From: Gordius albopunctatus
Taxonomy: Eukaryota
NCBI GenBank assembly: GCA_964276515.1
Contig: OZ193909.1
Span: forward strand, 17,608,001-17,672,000
DNA length: 64,000 nt
Direction of reading: 5' to 3'
Positions 59,501-64,000 of the stretch are shown piece by piece; positions within the stretch are counted from its first letter, which is position 1, and every line of letters begins with the position of its first letter. The notes below the pieces were generated by a model. It was not told where the DNA came from and made no database searches. It saw only the letters and a program-made list of their open reading frames with translations. The translations under genes and the position numbers were made by a program.

Positions 59501-62500
59501 ACATTAGGTAATATATTCGAAAACCTACTAAAGGGCTGCTCTCGTGATATCGATTTATAAATGGGTGCCCAATCGTTTTTTTCCTCGCTCCCATAAATTG
59601 TTATGCATGCTCCCTCCTTTTGACTTTTGAATAGAGTGGGCCGTGCTAAATTGTAAATCATTTTTTTGGTGCAGCCATTTCGTGACTTCCAATGCGTTAA
59701 TCGAATGTTTCGATCTGAATTAATTCTGTTATCTTATCGTATAACTAGGTTTCCCCAAAATATGGGGGGGGGGGCTTTTCAATATTACCCCGATCGAAAT
59801 TTACGATGAATTCCTGATTTATCAGACAGGCTAGTTTTTTTTATCTATAGATTAAAGATTAAGGGGCATTTATGCTCCTAGTCTAACAAAGTTATTTCAA
59901 CTATAAATACTGATAAATTTCGTCTTAATCTCTATATATCTGATTTGTCGCCTTTTCACCCTCTGGCTCAATCTTAAGTATGCCTAAATTATGATTTTCT
60001 TTTCGATTTTCTAAGGCAAGATTTAATATCCAAATTTCTTTAGGTAGCATCTTTTTTAGACTTTATCCCAGGACCGCTGCCCCTTTATTAAGAGAAAGGA
60101 CTCTAGAGCCCTGCACTGGCCGGCTCGGGCAGAATTTTATAAAATTATGGGGCTCAGGCGTCGACCCCGGCCCGAATTAAAATAAAGCAAACTAATATTT
60201 TATAAAATATGTTTTAAATAAACTCAACTCGATATTAAATAATTATCTTCGCACAGCGTACATGATATAGGTTCCAATCTTCAGCTTTCCCCCCTGTCTA
60301 TTATAATATAACTGACCCGAATTGCAAATCTTATTCTAGTATTTAAAATATTCATAGTAGTTGTTAGAACTTTAAAAATAAGATATAAGTAAATATTTCA
60401 AAAAGTTTTTATATAGAATTGTTAAATAAAATATATTTTTTGAAGTTATATTTTTAGTTTTAAAAACGAGTGAAAATGGATTTTTTTTTCTTTAACTTAG
60501 CTTAATTGTAAATTACTAGTAATAACAATCTAATGCATTTTATATTTAGAGGTGAAATAATTTTCAAAAATAAAAAAAATTTTTGCGCTCGGGCAAAATA
60601 AAAATGGAGAAGTCGGGCCGAGCTCGGGCAGAAAAAATTTCATTTTTAAGGCTCTAAATGACAGCCTTATTATTTTATAGCGATATTATACATTTTTTTA
60701 TTTACTTATAATATATAAACTACACTATAGGCCGGGACAAATAAAATAATATTAATTCCAAAAAAAACAATATTTATAAATTGCTTTTTATTTAACATTA
60801 TATTTAATTATTGTGCATGGATTATTTGAAAATGATAATTTCACTTACACAAAGTGATCATTTAAGTTCAAATTGAAGTCCGTCACGTTTTGCCCAGGTT
60901 ATTATAGAAGTGAAAGAACACGGGACAGTATTAACTTGGGATTTCGACGTAGCCCGACACGAATGCACCTTCCAAGTTCTGTACAGCCCCTTGCCTTTGG
61001 ATAATTTCAAGATGGCCGCCACTTGTTGCGCCCCTGCCACAAACAGATTGCGAGACAACCCCACAGCCCTCAAAGAAGGCAGTACTGGTCATAATGGCGG
61101 TCCACCTAGCTCTGACAATGGCGCGAGGAATAGTTTTAGCTTTAGCCGTGCCGATACTAATACACTAACCGACGGTGGTGCTAAGCATAAAAACTGTGAG
61201 CGAGCTAGGGTGGCGACCCATAGTGGTCATTCTTCTTCGGTCCAGACTGGAACTGGCCAACCCGAACAGGAACCCAACTGCTTGGTGCTTAATGAAGCAA
61301 TAACTTGTCGCGAAGGAGAGGGCGTTCAAGTAGGTTGTCTGTAAACAATTTTAGGGGTCGATACTGTAGGCTCTAAAATTATTTTCCACTTTGATTTCTC
61401 TTGAATTATGAAAAATAATAATAATTAAAATTTGTGCGACCACAATGAGTTTTTATGGATTCAAAAATTAATGTTAATGCATCAAATATATCAAAGGGCT
61501 CGCACTTCGTCAAACATCCAGGGTGCTACGTTTTGCAATGGCAATTACCCGATACATTCGTTTCCCCTAAACCCCCCAACACTCCTTTCGATTTTTCCTC
61601 TCTCACCGTACCCAAATGCAAATTAATGTACTTTTACGAAATTATACACCCCGATATTTTTAAGTGAGTATTACAAAACTTTCAATAATGATCTTTTGCC
61701 CGGAAATGCGCTGTTTGAGATGGTAATGCTGTAAAAAGGGTCGGATAAAGGTTTTTTGGTTGTAAGCAAATCAAAACCTTTGCTCCGTTCATGTTTGGTA
61801 AACTAAAATCAAGGGTCGTCTACCAAACAAACCCCGGCCCTTTTTACAGCACTACTAAGGGCTTGTCTTAATATCGGATCCAGATTCAAATCGCGCGAAT
61901 TTATTTTTGTCAAATATCCGATTCAATCTCATGAGTCAAACTCGCTTGTAATTATTAATATTTGGTTTTTGATAGTTAAAATCGTTTTTTTTTATTATTT
62001 CAACTCTTGAGATTAATCGCGGTTATATTATGCGTCTGAAATGTAAATCTGGTGTGAATTCGAAGTTAAGACACGGTTATGTTATAACTCGTACAAAGAT
62101 TTTTGCTGCGCTGAAAAATCCGATATTAAGACAAGTCCTAAGATGTACCCAACGCGTTTTCCCCGCTATTTTTGAAATAAGTGGGACTTTTCACATTTTT
62201 TGCAACGAATCTTCAAAATATCCACCCTAAGTTTTACTTGACTCAACTTTTAATGGATGTGCAAGGAAGCACATATTGCTTGTTGAGTTGATTATAATGG
62301 CTAGGGGGAGTTTCAGTATTGTAAAACTATTTTCGCAGTGTTAAAATATTTAAACTTTATTAATCTTATGTGTTTGCGATTTTATATTTTTTTGTTTGAA
62401 TTTTTCGTGAAATTTATTTATCAAGGGGGTCCATGTCGAGTCTTCATTCCGTCACAAGTGGATTTTCATCTTTAAACACGACCGATTTTTCGTTCAACCA

Positions 62501-62516
62501 TACCTCGACATTATAA
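53531..62516 (+). CDS. SEC14-like protein (SEC14L1/5, real-time family): PRELI/MSF1 + CRAL-TRIO + GOLD
   Basis: MVQTYQAP..YPFDIVMEAYEKRFPSC (PRELI); DAHLLRFLKARDF, DLRGLGVRHLWTPG..EANYPETL..WTLVSPFIDETTREKF (CRAL-TRIO); GGLVPKSYY; LTWDFD..GEGVQGSH..GCYVLQW (GOLD); last exon 62426-62516 GSMSSLHSVTSGFSSL. Exon phases are consistent; the donor near 58477/58495 is ambiguous. Confidence 0.93.
58640..58780. mobile_element. hAT-type MITE, TAGTG(C/T)TGTAAAAA family
   Basis: tagcgttgtaaaaa...tttttacaacacca with perfect 8-bp TSD ctacatat; relatives at 59009-59157 (TSD 6 of 8) and 61724-61853. Confidence 0.8.
60104..60656. mobile_element. hAT-like non-autonomous element; relative runs from 63701 off the window end
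   Basis: tagagccctgcac...ggctcta with ctcgggc repeats; internal blocks shared with 63701-64000; TSD not preserved. Confidence 0.6.
61859..62138. mobile_element. PIF/Harbinger (Tourist-like) MITE in the last SEC14L intron
   Basis: 21-bp TIR GGGCTTGTCTTAATATCGGAT / ATCCGATATTAAGACAAGTCC (1 mismatch), TAA on both sides. Confidence 0.85.
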
Positions 62517-63029
62517 AACTTACCCTTTATTTGTCACCGAATTTTCTTTTGCCCTTTTAAAGGGGTGACATTTTTGTAATATTTCGCATTTTTCACTTCG
62601 GTGGGATCTCATTTGCCATTTTATTTTCGCGAAATAAGAGTTGTGAAATCGTGTTCGACATAAATTATTTATTTTCTTGTTACAATAAAGTGGCGTGCGG
62701 TTGTGTACAGTTGTTTATCTTTTGATTTTCATATTATTTACGAACCTTATTGAATTGCAATTTATTTTATTATGTGGAACATGGGCATATTCAGATTGGA
62801 ACTAAGAGGGGGAAGGCAATAATGCTTTACACGGCGTTCGTGATGACCCGCGAACAAAATAAGATACAACTCATTTTGTATTTTTCGCGCGATGGTGAAT
62901 ATTCGGGATATACCAATGATATATGATAAATTTCATGAAGAATATAAGGATATTTAAAAAAAATGCAGAGTTTGATAAATTAGCCAAAAAATATTTGGTC
63001 TCAAGTAATAACTTTAAAATGCTAATTAG

Positions 63030-63200
63030 TTTAGGTGAAGATATAAAAGTAAGATGGAAGAATCTTAGAGATACATACATTAAAGAGTTGAATAAGGCCA
63101 AAAATCTTAAGAGTGGAAGTGGTTTGACCATATCTTATTGGCCTTACTAGATGACTCAATATTGTTTGGACAAGATCTATCAACTAACCCAGATAGCATG
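63030..63200 (+). pseudogene. MADF/Myb-SANT-like fragment, probably from a Harbinger accessory gene
   Basis: KVRWKNLRDTYIKELNK..KSGSG...WPY matches the C-terminal MADF helix and the following SGS..W.Y motif; it ends in a stop and lacks the N-terminal half. Confidence 0.6.
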
Positions 63201-64000
63201 TATTCTGATGCTTCAACTAGTAATAAGGAAAATGGTAAATTGATAAAGCTTATATTAATTAATAAGAACCTCCAACTCCAATTATTAAAAAGAAAAGTTC
63301 AGAAAATATTTTGTCAAAGATATTTATAAAGTAAAAAGGAATAGAGAAATATGTGACAAATTAATAGTAAAAAACATTTAAAGCAATGATTAACAGTCTA
63401 AAGCAAAATAATAATTAAGATAAGCGTTGTGGTTGAAGTGCGCTAGATGGCGTCAACCAAATAAAAAAAAACATGGTTTCCGCTGTCGCAGGTTGATAAA
63501 AAGTATCTATAAACCATCTACAATGCTAAGGCAATAATCTGGCCAAATTTGGTGGCAATCGGTTGAGAATTCTAATAGTTATTAGCGTTCAAAAAAAGGG
63601 ACTTCGATTTTTATATATAGAATAGAGTTATACTTATTTAACCACTTAAGGACTGAGCCAAAGCAACGCTTGGCCGGGCACAGCTAGTTTCCTATATAAT
63701 TAGAGCCATGCACGGGTAACCCTACCCGACTTGAGTCGCCCCCGACTCGGGCAAAATTTAATAAAGTAATATCTTCTCGCAACGTACACAATATAACTTA
63801 TTAACTCCAGCCCCTCCTGATCAAAATTTACAAATTTTAGTTTATAGATTTATGGAAGCTATTAGAACATTTAAAATAAGTAAACAATTTAAAAACTCAT
63901 TTATCCTAACCTGTTAAATAAATTTATTCTTTGTAGATATTATTACATTAAGATTTTATTAGTTGAAAAATTGTGGCAATAGAATGTCTTTATTCCAGAC

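Overview
AT-rich eukaryotic (animal-like) genomic DNA; no prokaryotic features, CRISPR array, rRNA or tRNA were recognised. Seven spliced host genes, all on the + strand, were rebuilt by hand from GT/GC-AG boundaries: dihydrolipoamide dehydrogenase (DLD), an ADAMTS-like M12B metalloprotease, mitochondrial pyruvate carrier 1 (MPC1), a trypsin-like serine protease, a second ADAMTS-like paralogue, an SLC35D-type nucleotide-sugar transporter and a SEC14L/real-time (PRELI + CRAL-TRIO + GOLD) protein. Introns and intergenic DNA hold many mobile elements: non-autonomous Helitrons (one with a perfect (CATA)200 array), several hAT-type MITE families with 8-bp TSDs, a Harbinger MITE, a young CRE-clade retrotransposon, RTE-like LINEs and an intron-containing MULE transposase pseudogene. 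Most notable: (1) both ADAMTS-like proteases end in a transmembrane helix and Tyr-motif tail, although canonical ADAMTS are secreted; (2) the CRE element's TSD duplicates a 5' splice site; (3) a hAT MITE dimer moved as one unit; (4) unusual splicing (32-40 nt introns, many AAG acceptors, a GC donor, 4- and 16-nt microexons); (5) CpG depletion limited to the 5' part of housekeeping genes. Family calls come from recalled motifs; no search was run, so novelty is unverified and the species is not identified.
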